A stretch of DNA of 64,000 bases from the NCBI RefSeq assembly GCF_000143415.4, contig NW_003314294.1, positions 1,354,416 to 1,418,415 of the forward strand, in the 5' to 3' direction. Numbering within the stretch: position 1 is the stretch's first letter; every line of letters starts with the position of its first letter. A program made the translations under genes and the position numbers. A model generated the notes under the pieces. It did not search any database. It saw only the letters and a program-made list of their open reading frames with translations, and was not told the origin of the DNA. Of the stretch, positions 1-12,159 are shown one piece after another. Source of the stretch: Selaginella moellendorffii. Its lineage: Eukaryota; Plantae; Lycopodiophyta.

Positions 1-1472
1 GTAACTATTGACCCGTAGGTTAACCACTAAAGTAGCTGCTGGAATAGCTGCTAGAGTAGCCGTTGGAATAGCCACAGGAGTAGCCAGTAACCGGTAACTC
101 ATAATTAGTAACTGGGGACCTATAACCTATAGCTTGTAATCCCTTGCTTTTGCTCCTACTCTTGCACCTGCTCCAACACCAACTCCTATCCCAGCGCTGG
201 CTCCTACTCTCTTTGTTCCTACGCCAACTCTTGCTCCCTAAAGATTGCTTCGTTCCCAAGGAACTCCCAACAAAGTTTAGCCCAAAAGAGAAATATGAGT
301 CCTCTAATCTCAATCATTCTCCATTTTGACTATTGGTGGGCTCGTTGGAAAGGGCTCAGGCCCATCTACCCTTTATCGCACGAATTTGTGAAGAAGCTAC
401 ATCAATATTCCCCGAAATCCAAAAAGAGGTAGCCCAAAACACCAATATTGCAAAAAAACATGTGTATGTCACTAATGTATATTGATACTAAAGCGCCATT
501 AGTATTTTTGGATAGCCTAGGACCAAGAGCACCTTTAGAAACAAATAGCATCCAAAACAAAGCCTAGAGGAGCACAAATTTCTACTATAAAGATGACCCC
601 AATCTAGCCAGAGAAGAAAATCTTTTTGCATGCCACCATTTTGGCCAAATCTAGCGCCAAGAATCACAACTACTCATTGATCCAAACCAGATCTACAAGC
701 TCAACTGCACTACTTTGAGAAATTGGACCGAGGATCTAAGCAAGAAAGTAAAAACCCCAAACTATTCCTCAAATCCAATCAAGAAATGTTGTATCTGTTC
801 AATATTACATGGCTTGATGAGCACCATACTTTGTTGGAAAGAGGAGCTCTAGACTTATCTAACACGCCCAAGATTAAACAAAAACATCGCAAGATGAACA
901 AAGAATTCCTTCCCAAAGTTTGCAGCCAAAAGAAAAATAAAGAAATGACGCCTCAGAAAGTGTTGTGCGTTAGGCCGACTTCACCATTTGTTAGGGAAGG
1001 AAGGGCACCTCCCCAACGCTTGCTCAAACATGAGAAATGTTTCAATGCTCTCCGCAAAAATGCCCCCACCCCTACCCCCCTACCCCCCCTTGCCCTTGTG
1101 GGGCAAGGGTTTTTATACAAGAAAGATAGGGAATATTCTGAGGACCAGAATATTCCCTCTCTTTCTCACTCTCTCGGTTGGCCATGCCCTAACAAAGTGA
1201 TCATCTTAGACCCACTCCTTAACATTTTAAAATGCCCGCAAAAATGAGGAATAACCTTTCCCAATATCCCTTTTTTGATCCCCACCAAGTCCTTTTCTGT
1301 CCATTGCCATGTCTAGGACCTTCTTGTGGTGATATACTTAAGCACCAATAGAAGTCGAACTAAAGAACAACTCTGATACCAAATTGTAAGTGACTAATTT
1401 TTCCATTCTACTTTACTCACTTAACCATACCTTTGACCACTTGGAAGAGTCTCACTCACAACCTCCATAAAT
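1..1472 (-). repeat. Near-identical inverted copy of 4637-6108 (retroelement 5' region including the short LTR and PBS)
   Basis: Position x pairs with 6109-x as reverse complement. The ORF track gives identical mirrored translations (723-1247 + vs 4862-5386 -). Only a few substitutions are visible. Abuts an N gap. Confidence 0.93.
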
Positions 1473-1473
1473 T

Positions 1474-2395
1474 NNNNNNNNNNNNNNNNNNNNNNNNNNN
1501 NNNNNNNNNNNNNNNNNNNNNNNNNNNNNNNNNNNNNNNNNNNNNNNNNNNNNNNNNNNNNNNNNNNNNNNNNNNNNNNNNNNNNNNNNNNNNNNNNNNN
1601 NNNNNNNNNNNNNNNNNNNNNNNNNNNNNNNNNNNNNNNNNNNNNNNNNNNNNNNNNNNNNNNNNNNNNNNNNNNNNNNNNNNNNNNNNNNNNNNNNNNN
1701 NNNNNNNNNNNNNNNNNNNNNNNNNNNNNNNNNNNNNNNNNNNNNNNNNNNNNNNNNNNNNNNNNNNNNNNNNNNNNNNNNNNNNNNNNNNNNNNNNNNN
1801 NNNNNNNNNNNNNNNNNNNNNNNNNNNNNNNNNNNNNNNNNNNNNNNNNNNNNNNNNNNNNNNNNNNNNNNNNNNNNNNNNNNNNNNNNNNNNNNNNNNN
1901 NNNNNNNNNNNNNNNNNNNNNNNNNNNNNNNNNNNNNNNNNNNNNNNNNNNNNNNNNNNNNNNNNNNNNNNNNNNNNNNNNNNNNNNNNNNNNNNNNNNN
2001 NNNNNNNNNNNNNNNNNNNNNNNNNNNNNNNNNNNNNNNNNNNNNNNNNNNNNNNNNNNNNNNNNNNNNNNNNNNNNNNNNNNNNNNNNNNNNNNNNNNN
2101 NNNNNNNNNNNNNNNNNNNNNNNNNNNNNNNNNNNNNNNNNNNNNNNNNNNNNNNNNNNNNNNNNNNNNNNNNNNNNNNNNNNNNNNNNNNNNNNNNNNN
2201 NNNNNNNNNNNNNNNNNNNNNNNNNNNNNNNNNNNNNNNNNNNNNNNNNNNNNNNNNNNNNNNNNNNNNNNNNNNNNNNNNNNNNNNNNNNNNNNNNNNN
2301 NNNNNNNNNNNNNNNNNNNNNNNNNNNNNNNNNNNNNNNNNNNNNNNNNNNNNNNNNNNNNNNNNNNNNNNNNNNNNNNNNNNNNNNNNNNNNNN
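1474..2395. other. Assembly gap (N run); other gaps at 4045-4144, 30217-30316 and 50717-51636
   Basis: Runs of N in the sequence. Confidence 0.99.
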
Positions 2396-3277
2396 GGCCC
2401 CACTATGGGGCTGATGGATTTGTGTCTCACGATGTGTAATCAACATACTTTAAGATTGAAGGAGTCGTCAATAGCTCTTTGAAAGTTTGTAAATGCCCAC
2501 TCACAGTCTATAGACTAGATGAAAGACGATATGGACGACTTCAACAATGCTTACAATGGTGTAGTGCGATCAGAAAAATGATCAACAAAATGACCAAAAT
2601 ACTTCATCTTGCCTAGAAAGTGCTACACATAATTTACACACTTTGGAGTAAGGGATTTTAGAATAGGCACAAGTTTTTTAGGATCAACTTACAAGCCCTC
2701 ACAAAAAATATAGTACCCAAGATAAGTCGTGTTGTTAGACACAAACATGCACTTTGATTGCTTCAACTTTAAAACAACTTCCTATAGTTGATCCAACACT
2801 TTACAAACATCACAGATGTGTTCCTCCTATGTCCCCTCCGAATGGATCAACACATCATTGATGAAGTCAATAATCACTTTCAGCATGTCACAAAGAACTT
2901 TATCCATCATTTATTGGAAAGAGCATTATTCAAACCAAACAACATCACCAAGAACTCATACAAACCAAACAATATATGAAAAGTAGTTTTAGGAATATTT
3001 TTCTCAACCATTAGCACTTGTTAGTACCTAGAAGCAAAATCTAACTTGGTGAACCAATTATTTCTCCCCAGATGATCCAAGAGATTAATAGTGTGAGGAA
3101 GAAGGTATATATCCGAGATTATTACTTTATTTAACGGATGATAATTGATGCAAAAATGAATATTCTCATCAAGCTTCATCACATAATGAGGTTTACACAC
3201 TTAAGGACTTTATGACTTTCAAATAACACTCTTTTCTAACATTTGCTTGACATTTGCACATAAAATTTTAATCTTTT
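2396..3277 (-). pseudogene. Degenerate Ty3/gypsy pol (RT) relic
   Basis: Minus-strand remnants such as YLGYYIFCEGL*VDPKK, typical of the gypsy RT C-terminus. AT-rich with many stops. Confidence 0.6.
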
Positions 3278-4435
3278 TGTAAGGAACCAACTCGCCGAGG
3301 TGTCGTAGGCTAAAGGAACCCCGAAAGCATGACCAAAATGACAAAGAGTTCATCGGATGGGACCAAGTCGAAGATCGAGTCCAAGACCGACTCTAAGACC
3401 GAGTTCGAGATAGAGTCCGGAATCGAGTCCGAGACCGACTCGGGGACCGAGTTCGAGTCCGAGTTCGAGACCGAGTTCGAGACGGAGTCCGAGATCCGAA
3501 ATCGGGTCCGAGACCGAGTCCGAGGTCGAGTCCGAGGTCGGGTCCGAGATCGGGTCCGAGATCGAGTCCAAGATCGAGTCCGAGACCGAATCTGAAGTCG
3601 GATCCGCAACCGGGTCCGAGATCGAGCTAGAGACTAAGTCCAAATACTAATACGGGTCAAGGGGTGAAAGCCCAATGCGTGTGTCTCCCAGGGGGGGGGG
3701 GGGCTGCAGAGGGTTCCAAAAGTATAGTAGGGATAGTGAGGTCCAGAAACCAGTTTTGAAGGGACTCTCCAGTGGGGCTTCCAAACCGACTTGAGGTTGA
3801 GACTGGGACCGAGGGGCCTTGGGTGGGAGTGAGCATGGACTTGGTTGGTGCCAGAGGGGCCATCCAAGGAAGTGCTCAAGAGTAGCTCCCACTCCCGAAA
3901 GGGAAACCGATTGCGGTGCTCCCGGCTCAGGTGGAGTGGTGCCCCACTTGAGTACCATGCGGCTCATTGGTCCTCGCTCTGCCTAGGGGCTTGGGCCTTC
4001 CTTCGGGATGGAAGCTGGGGGGTAGAGGTACCCATACCTGGCCGNNNNNNNNNNNNNNNNNNNNNNNNNNNNNNNNNNNNNNNNNNNNNNNNNNNNNNNN
4101 NNNNNNNNNNNNNNNNNNNNNNNNNNNNNNNNNNNNNNNNNNNNCAAGGGATGTTAGGAACCTGGAAGATTGGTGTGCTTGGTTGCTTGTGCTTGCGGGG
4201 AGTGTAGCCAAACCTTAAGTCCAGTCTAACCCGGGGAGGGGGATTGGGAGTGATTTGGGAATTCATGGATGGATGGCTAACACTCCGTTGCTCGTGCAGT
4301 AAGTAGCTGAGACTAAGTAGGAGCTGGTACCATAGGCGAGAACCTTGGCAAGGGAACTTAGCAAAAGCCAAGGCAATGTTGGACGGATAGACGAGGTAAG
4401 CTGGCAAATTGGAAAGGAAAAATTTGTGGCTCACA
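3278..4435 (+). mobile_element. LTR of chromovirus family A (TG...CA, ~1.15 kb), followed by PBS and a gag start that is cut off at ~4645
   Basis: Starts TGTAAGGAACC and ends GGCTCACA. Homologous to 23791-24937. Followed by TGGTATCGGAGC. Downstream sequence matches 25585-25730. Confidence 0.9.
3362..3640. repeat. CpG-rich degenerate hexamer array (CCGAGW/TCGAGW) inside the family A LTR; second copy at ~23875-24150
   Basis: Visible 6-bp periodicity, producing spurious RVRD/ESEI-type ORFs. Confidence 0.9.
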
Positions 4436-4438
4436 ATT

Positions 4439-4450
4439 TGGTATCGGAGC
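4439..4450 (+). promoter_or_regulatory. Primer binding site (tRNA-iMet type) of family A; also at 25588-25599
   Basis: TGGTATCGGAGC 3 nt after the LTR's terminal CA. Confidence 0.85.
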
Positions 4451-4648
4451 CTTTTCCTCAGTTCTAGCGAAGGATAGAGGCGGATTGCTGGGAGATGGCA
4501 AGGGCAGGGCGTAAGCAAACCCAGGCGGAGACAGAACCTCCCACGGATTGCTGGGAGATGGCAAAGGTAGGGCAAAAACGAACCAAGGCAAAGACGGAAC
4601 CTTCTCCAGAGTTGGAACCTCCGGTCGAACAAGAGGATTTATGGAGGT

Positions 4649-6563
4649 TGTGAGTGAGACTCTTCCAAGTGGTCAAAGGTATGGTTAAGTGACTAAAGTA
4701 GAATGGAAAAATTAGTCACTTACAATTTGGTATCAGAGTTGTTCTTTAGTTCGACTTCTATTGGTGCTTAAGTATATCACCACAAGAAGGTCCTAGACAT
4801 GGCAATGGACAGAAAAGGACTTGGTGGGGATCAAAAAAGGGATATTGGGAAAGGTTATTCCTCATTTTTGCGGGCATTTTAAAATGTTAAGGAGTGGGTC
4901 TAAGATGATCACTTTGTTAGGGCATGGCCAACCGAGAGAGTGAGAAAGAGAGGGAATATTCTGGTCCTCAGAATATTCCCTATCTTTCTTGTATAAAAAC
5001 CCTTGCCCCACAAGGGCAAGGGGGGGTAGGGGGGTAGGGGTGGGGGCATTTTTGCGGAGAGCATTGAAACATTTCTCATGTTTGAGCAAGCGTTGGGGAG
5101 GTGCCCTTCCTTCCCTAACAAATGGTGAAGTCGGCCTAACGCACAACACTTTCTGAGGCGTCATTTCTTTATTTTTCTTTTGGCTGCAAACTTTGGGAAG
5201 GAATTCTTTGTTCATCTTGCGATGTTTTTGTTTAATCTTGGGCGTGTTAGATAAGTCTAGAGCTCCTCTTTCCAACAAAGTATGGTGCTCATCAAGCCAT
5301 GTAATATTGAACAGATACAACATTTCTTGATTGGATTTGAGGAATAGTTTGGGGTTTTTACTTTCTTGCTTAGATCCTCGGTCCAATTTCTCAAAGTAGT
5401 GCAGTTGAGCTTGTAGATCTGGTTTGGATCAATGAGTAGTTGTGATTCTTGGCGCTAGATTTGGCCAAAATGGTGGCATGCAAAAAGATTTTCTTCTCTG
5501 GCTAGATTGGGGTCATCTTTATAGTAGAAATTTGTGCTCCTCTAGGCTTTGTTTTGGATGCTATTTGTTTCTAAAGGTGCTCTTGGTCCTAGGCTATCCA
5601 AAAATACTAATGGCGCTTTAGTATCAATATACATTAGTGACATACACATGTTTTTTTGCAATATTGGTGTTTTGGGCTACCTCTTTTTGGATTTCGGGGA
5701 ATATTGATGTAGCTTCTTCACAAATTCCTGCGATAAAGGGTAGATGGGCCTGAGCCCTTTCCAACGAGCCCACCAATAGTCAAAATGGAGAATGATTGAG
5801 ATTAGAGGACTCATATTTCTCTTTTGGGCTAAACTTTGTTGGGAGTTCCTTGGGAACAAAGCAATCTTTAGGGAGCAAGAGTTGGCGTAGGAACAAAGAG
5901 AGTAGGAGCCAGCGCTGGGATAGGAGTTGGTGTTGGAGCAGGTGCAAGAGTAGGAGCAAAAGCAAGGGATTACAAGCTATAGGTTATAGGTCCCCAGTTA
6001 CTAATTATGAGTTACCGGTTACTGGCTACTCCTGTGGCTATTCCAACGGCTACTCTAGCAGCTATTCCAGCAGCTACTTTAGTGGTTAACCTACGGGTCA
6101 ATAGTTACGTGTGCTTGAGGCCTACATCTCTTTCTATTTCAACCCTTATTTCTCTTTGTCACAGGCATTTTGGGCCACTTTGAGCAACTTGAGCACTAGT
6201 CTGTAGTCTTCTTGTTCCTATCAACCCAGTTGCCTTGACCGGGCATTTGTAGTGTTCAAGGTATTTGATGCTGGTATAAACCAGATGTGTGACAAATTGG
6301 CACCCTTTCACCATACCTCAAGGTCCTAAGGTATGGAGTAAACTTTCTAACATCCAAAGGCAGCTTAGGTACGACACAGCACCTTCTCGGGCCAAGTCCT
6401 CTTCATCCTCGGTAGATTCCAGTGACTTAGATCTACGAGCTATGGCGCAGCCACCTTTAGCTCAACCTCAACTCCATGTTCTGTAGAAAGGGAGTGATCT
6501 ACTGACCTTCTCAGGTGTTGGAACAGTCTCTCCAACATCACATATCAGTCGCTTTAATTACTA
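4649..6563 (+). mobile_element. 5' part of LTR retroelement family B: 76-bp LTR-like unit (4649-4724), PBS TGGTATCAGAG (4728-4738) and long 5' leader
   Basis: TGTGAGTGA...TCACTTACA inverted ends followed by an iMet PBS. The leader is homologous to ~30400-32492, which runs into a gag ORF. Confidence 0.65.
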
Positions 6564-6596
6564 AGCTCTATTTCGTTAAAGTGGGAATTGTCATTA
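6564..6596 (+). repeat. Left terminal inverted repeat (23 bp perfect, ~33 bp imperfect)
   Basis: Reverse complement of 19468-19501. Confidence 0.9.
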
Positions 6597-7230
6597 TCCC
6601 ACTTGTAAAATAAGGTTTCCAAACCTTTATATAGTATATAAATATAACAAAATTCAACTGCATTGAGGCACATGCCATTTTATTTTAAACAAGGAAATGT
6701 CTACTCAATCACTTCTCCTCCCCTTGCTACTGCTTCACCTCTCTCTTTTCCTTGTTATCGTCGTCCAATTTCTTTCCATCCTTTTAATATTGGCTCAGTT
6801 GCTCCGAGTCTAGGTGGAGCCCAAGTCCCCATTCAATCTTTACTTTCCCCTTATTAATAAAACAACTTCGTAGACTTCCAATAACATGCTGTAACACTTC
6901 TAATATAATGCAAATCCTCTCAAAGAATTGTCTTTTAATATTAATACAATGGCATGGAACCCCATGCCATAATAAGTTACATTTTTAAATAAATACATGC
7001 CATCTCAGACTGTTATTTTTTGCCTCCAACGCATATACAATAATCTTGGAATTTCATCACTCTCCACACTATCAGGATTTAAACCCAATAGTAATGCCAT
7101 CTCTTCTCTAATACGTCCATGCTCATGTTCAGTGGTCGAAGAACCCATCCGGTTGAGCAGATTATGGAGATGCGAATAGTGCTTGGCTAGACAATATACA
7201 TGCCATAAATGATGACTGGTGTCTGTCCGA

Positions 7231-10200
7231 TCAAATGGCTTCTGATATACCTTTCCGCCGGTTCTCTATTTCCATCGCTCCAAGCCGTTTTGCAAGGTCC
7301 CCCAGAACATACGGTTTCTTCTCCCTAGTTTCCATACTGCAAGAGATGGGGTGCACTGCATATGTGTGCGTATTCGCTGCAATTTTAATCGGCGAGTCAT
7401 CGATGATGAGGATTTCACTTGACCTAGCAGTCCGGTTCATCACTACAGCCTCTGGCTTGACGAAGATGGGCTTGCTACCCCTCACATGGACCATAGTCAA
7501 GCAATCCTCCTGCGTTAGGAGAAAGTCAAATGGTAATATTACTATCTGATCGTGCATCATCTGTAGCAACATTAATGCATTGTGGCGCATCATGGATGTC
7601 CAAACTCCCAATTGCAAATTGAACCCGGCCCTCTGTTCTAAGTGTCGCATGGTCATTATTAGATCCCACAGTTTCTCCCGTGTGATTAATGTGAATCTGT
7701 CTCTTTTGACCAACTTGCGACTGTAGGCTTTGGAGGGTGCAGTGACATTCGAGGACGAGCCACGCTCATGGGAGAAAAGGACACCGTTCAGATCAAAAAC
7801 GATACAATACCTTCGCCGTGACTCTGAAATGAAATGCGTCAGCATAAAAAATGGTACAAGTCAATTTTACCATCTACAATATTAGCAAATGGTGCTCCCA
7901 ATGGTCGTTGAGAGGGTTTTGGTCGAGGAAACGTGAAGGGCGGAAATACTCTCCTCTGCAATGTGGGGTCAATCGCATCCGATGGCGTGTGGGCACATGC
8001 CATTTCAGCTGTAGACTCTGGTACAACTGGCTCAACAGTGGCATGGGGTGGTTCCGATGGCGTGTGATCACATGCCATTTCAGCTGGTGCCTCCGTTGGC
8101 AAAGTGGACATGACCGAACAGGCAGCAGGGGCGGTGTAGGGAGGTTCCAACGGCGTGTAGTCAGACGATTGGGCACACGTTGAGTCCGTTGGAAATGAGG
8201 ATACGACCGGCTCGGCGGCTGGGGCGGCCTCATGCGGGTCCAATGGCGCCTGGTCACCGTCAGTTGGATACATGGACAAGATTGACTCAGTGGTATGGGC
8301 AGCATCAAGTGGAGCGTGGTCAGCTTGCTTGGCGTTGATATGGATAGTAGCCTCCACCAGCTCTGATGACTCTTGCAGGCAAGTAGAGTCCACTGGCGGA
8401 TCCATATGCATGTCCAAATATCTCCCTTCGATTGAGATGGTATCCTCCCTACTGGCTACTAAAAACAAACTCATTAGCACATTGAATCGACTATACTGTA
8501 TTTACCATCAACTGCTATTGAGGAACTAGGACCGATATCACTTGGGCGCACTGTATTTACCTGATGGTTTGTCTTGTATGACCTTCCTCTGCTGCTCTTT
8601 GGCCACCTCAGGCTGGCCATCGTCGTCATCATCGTCGTCATCGTTATTGTGATCGTCACCATTGTGAGGACTATCCAAGTCCTCTTCGTCCTCCTCTTCT
8701 TTGTCCTCCTCTTCGTCCTTCTGCTCTTCCTGCTCATCATCTTTCTCTGGCTCCTCATCCCCCTCCTGCATTTCTTCTATAGGCTGCTCAGGCTGGATGG
8801 CTTGTTCTTCCAGGACCATCTTGGGAAAATCATCTGATCGAGTCTCCATCTCAAAATACAAGACATCCATAGCCTGTTTTAGTGCGTGACCTAGGACCGT
8901 ATCCTCACCCGACTGTCTTAACATGGTTTCTGCACGTTCTTGCACCCTTCGAAGACGACGAGATGAGAAAAACGTGGCCCTGACTTGAAAAGCATCCCTC
9001 ATCCATTGTACCTCTCCATTAAGATTGGGGAAGGGGAGTCTGCCATAGGAATCTGAGTCAGGAGGTGGTGACTGGCTGCTTTCACTCAGCCCTTGATCTG
9101 CAATGAATGGCATGAGCACACACGCCATAACCACGAGGCATTACCTATCATCTTTTCGTTGCCCTTCTTCCTTTTCGAATCAAACGCCTCTGATCCCGAC
9201 GACTGTCCAACGTGCTTTCGCTTTTTATGACCACTGTCAGTTTGAGCTTGGCTGGTGCTTGCCTGTTTTGCCTTTGAAGAAGTGTCTCCTGCAAGGAATG
9301 GCATGAGACCACACGCCATTGCAAATATAATTTGTACCTCCTTTTTTCATATTGCTTGTCTGTTTGTCCTTCTTCGACGCACCACCAGTGCGCTTTTCAG
9401 TCCTCGTGTCTGAATATTCACAATGATCTATAATCAAAATGGCGTGAGGCCTCACGTGACCTTACCTTGTGCAGGTTGTGAGCTCGGCCCAACATGGGTA
9501 TCTTCAACAGTAGCTGTTAACGCCGTTTCAGCATCTGGGGGTGGCCACGCTCCTGCATACAGAGCTTGTGAGATAACATTTAAACTTAAAGTGCGTACTC
9601 ACCAGGTTCGCAGAGAAGATACTGTTTTTCTTTGGCAACTGTAATTATATGCTCCATTGAAGTCACCTCTTCAATGGAGTTTGTCACCGCAACACACAGG
9701 ACACCCTTGAGTAGTGCGGCTCGAAAGAATAGTTCGCCGCAGTTGTACTCGACAACGCATTTGCCCTTGGAGTCGGAAGCAGGTGACCCACCCACTATTG
9801 CATTGAAGACCCAGCTGAGCATTTCCCATGCTGCACCTGGAGCTTTCTCTGGATTCGAAAGCTCCATAGCCGTCTTCAGTTCCTCAGGCACGGGTAAATT
9901 GACCTCCCTCAGATCAATTCGATCGGCCTTGTCGAAAGAAGCTGGGAAGTCACTCCAGTCCCACTCTGCTGCAGGACCAATAACAAGGGCGAGTGTGAAG
10001 ATGCAGACATTCGTCGGTATCTTCTTCTTAGCCATTATCCCATGGATCTCCTGCATCTCCTTGCCTTTCAACCGAGCCTTCACCTCGTTCAAGGCCTTCC
10101 AAAACTTGTGATAGGATTCGGAGTCGTAGATCATATAGTGGACTGAAGATTCCACCTCCGCAAGTCCCACCATTAAGTCAATGATGGAGCTGACTTTGTC

Positions 10201-12159
10201 TGCATGAGTGATCTCCTCGTTTGTGAAGTCCATCACACAAAAAATGTTCTTGACCTGCTCATCTCCGCGGGAAACGATGCTCCTCCACCTTTGATCCTCA
10301 TCCGAATTCATGTATACCCAGTAAGGTTCTCGATAGGCCTCTGTTGCGGGGTTGAGCTGTTTCTAAAGCCGGCGGTCGACATCCCTCTTAATGAAATTTG
10401 GATACTGATCCAACTTCTCAGCTTTACTTTTCGTGGCATCCCGCAGCAGATCGATGAACTTGGGGGCCCCCTTCACGTACTCGTCGATGTCTTCATTTGA
10501 TAACTCCAGCTCTTCCATCATCTCTTGCGTGGTGTCGATGCTCACCCTCTCCACGGCCACTTGCTCGAAGATCCAATCCTTCAATAGCGCACGAGCTCTC
10601 AGAGTCGTGCACAAGTCCTCGTATGTCACAATATGGCCGGGAGTCATTTTGGTCTTGTTGAAAACTACCTCACCACGTAGAAGAGCATTAGCCACTGTCA
10701 GAAGGTCGTCGTCGTCTAGAGACCGCGAGAAACGCAAGGTGTTGAGCTTCAAATCATTGGGCTTCCGGCCGTCCTCCACACCCATTGAGTTTAGCAACTC
10801 CCCGTCATGGTACCTCCTCAGCACATCTACCCATTTGTCAAAAACAACTTTTGTCGCGAGTAGAATGTTATGGATGCTGAGTGTGTCATTGACCCCCAGT
10901 GTTTTCGAGAGAAGACTCGAGAATTCCTGCAATGGAAATGGCATGAGGCCACATGCTATGCCACATGCAACGAGGCTTACCTGCCAGGCGCTAGTTGCTA
11001 GTGCACGTCCTTGTCCTGGTTTTTGTGGCTTCTTCAGTTGAACCCAGAGCTTCCGTGTTCGTGCCAATGTCTCGTGCAGACCCGATTTGTAGCACGTTTC
11101 TTGCTTGACATTCTGCGCGTGGGAGATGTATATGATAGATCGGAGGGGCGAGTTGCCTTTTATCAGGCGGACAACTCTTGTCTTGAAGACTTTCTTCACC
11201 TCCTCGCCCACCATAATATCCACAACTATCTCTTGCATCGCCAAGCTAGAATGCTGCCCGGAGACGGCATAGAACCGGATGTTCTGATCGTCCAACACCT
11301 TCCTATTGATCAAGTCTGGAAACCTCGTCTCGCCCTTCATTGTTCGGTAGTAGGGGATCACGTCTGCGATGTCGGGTGTTACTGGACTTGCCAGCATCTT
11401 CTGTTTCAGTTTCTCCACCCACTCATCAGATACTAGCCTGTGGTTGTATTTGCTTTGGATGTCAATACGGCTCACATCGATTATATATACTTTGTTGGAA
11501 TAGTAACAAGTACTATTATCTGCGACGATTTTTGCTGCCTCTTCTTGCTCTTTCTGCTCTTTGCGGCTATTCTTTTTGGTGGGTGTAGTGTTCGAACCCG
11601 AGGCAATGGCATCACCGAGTAGCTTCTTTTTTGGAGCAGCAGAGTCGGACGTCGGCTTGAGCTTGACCACCCTTTTCTGCTTCGGGGTAGTTTCCAGATC
11701 GACCCCCTTCCCCTTCACTTCGCGAACTGGAGGCACTCTCAATGGCTCAATGTTGGAATATAGTTTTTGAACATTGCCGTAGGTGAGGTCTGTGGATTCC
11801 ATGTGATCTTCATAGACCCGCAGCGTCTTTGAAATTGTGGGCCTCCTGGACAACCTCTCCCTAGCTCCCTCTAGGAATTCCTCATAGCCGCTGCCCCCCT
11901 CCGGGAAGCCACTAGGATGTGCAAGGTGGATCTTGAAGGCGGATGCTGTCTCTACCACAAGTGCCAGTCCATATTCTTGCATGGAACTGCATGGAGTGTC
12001 TGTCACTTGGATGAGGATCCCCATGCATTCTTTTCTCCCACCATCTGTATTGTACAGCCTTAGATCCTCGCCTTCCATCCCGAAAGTCCAACTGGTGAGC
12101 TCCTCCCCCTTCTCTGCATCCACATTGACAGTGGCTAGAAGAAGAACGCAATTCCTCGC
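7231..12159 (-). pseudogene. Transposon accessory gene, ~1500 codons, spliced: ParB/Srx-like domain + degenerate amino-MTase-like fold + acidic/Pro-rich linker + FCP1/NIF-like HAD domain. One in-frame TAG; first exon(s) not resolved
   Basis: GT-AG introns at 10927-10980, 9553-9602, 9410-9465, 9289-9337, 9098-9144, 8459-8560 and 7824-7870 join the separate minus-strand ORFs in frame (exons total 4524 nt). ORFs 10363-12180 and 9586-10311 share a frame across a single TAG at 10363-10365. Motifs: NHR...FYAVSGQHSSLA...HAQN; EKAP...VVEYNCGE..RAALLKGVLCVAV; IVFDLNGVL...VWTS...FVKP...IIDDSPIK. Confidence 0.75.

Noticed and set aside
1421-2482. Long ORFs of 317-354 aa here and at 50612-51693
   Set aside because: They are translations of N gaps.
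3310-3643. RS/RD/ES-rich ORFs here and at 23842-24163
   Set aside because: By-products of the hexamer array in the LTR.
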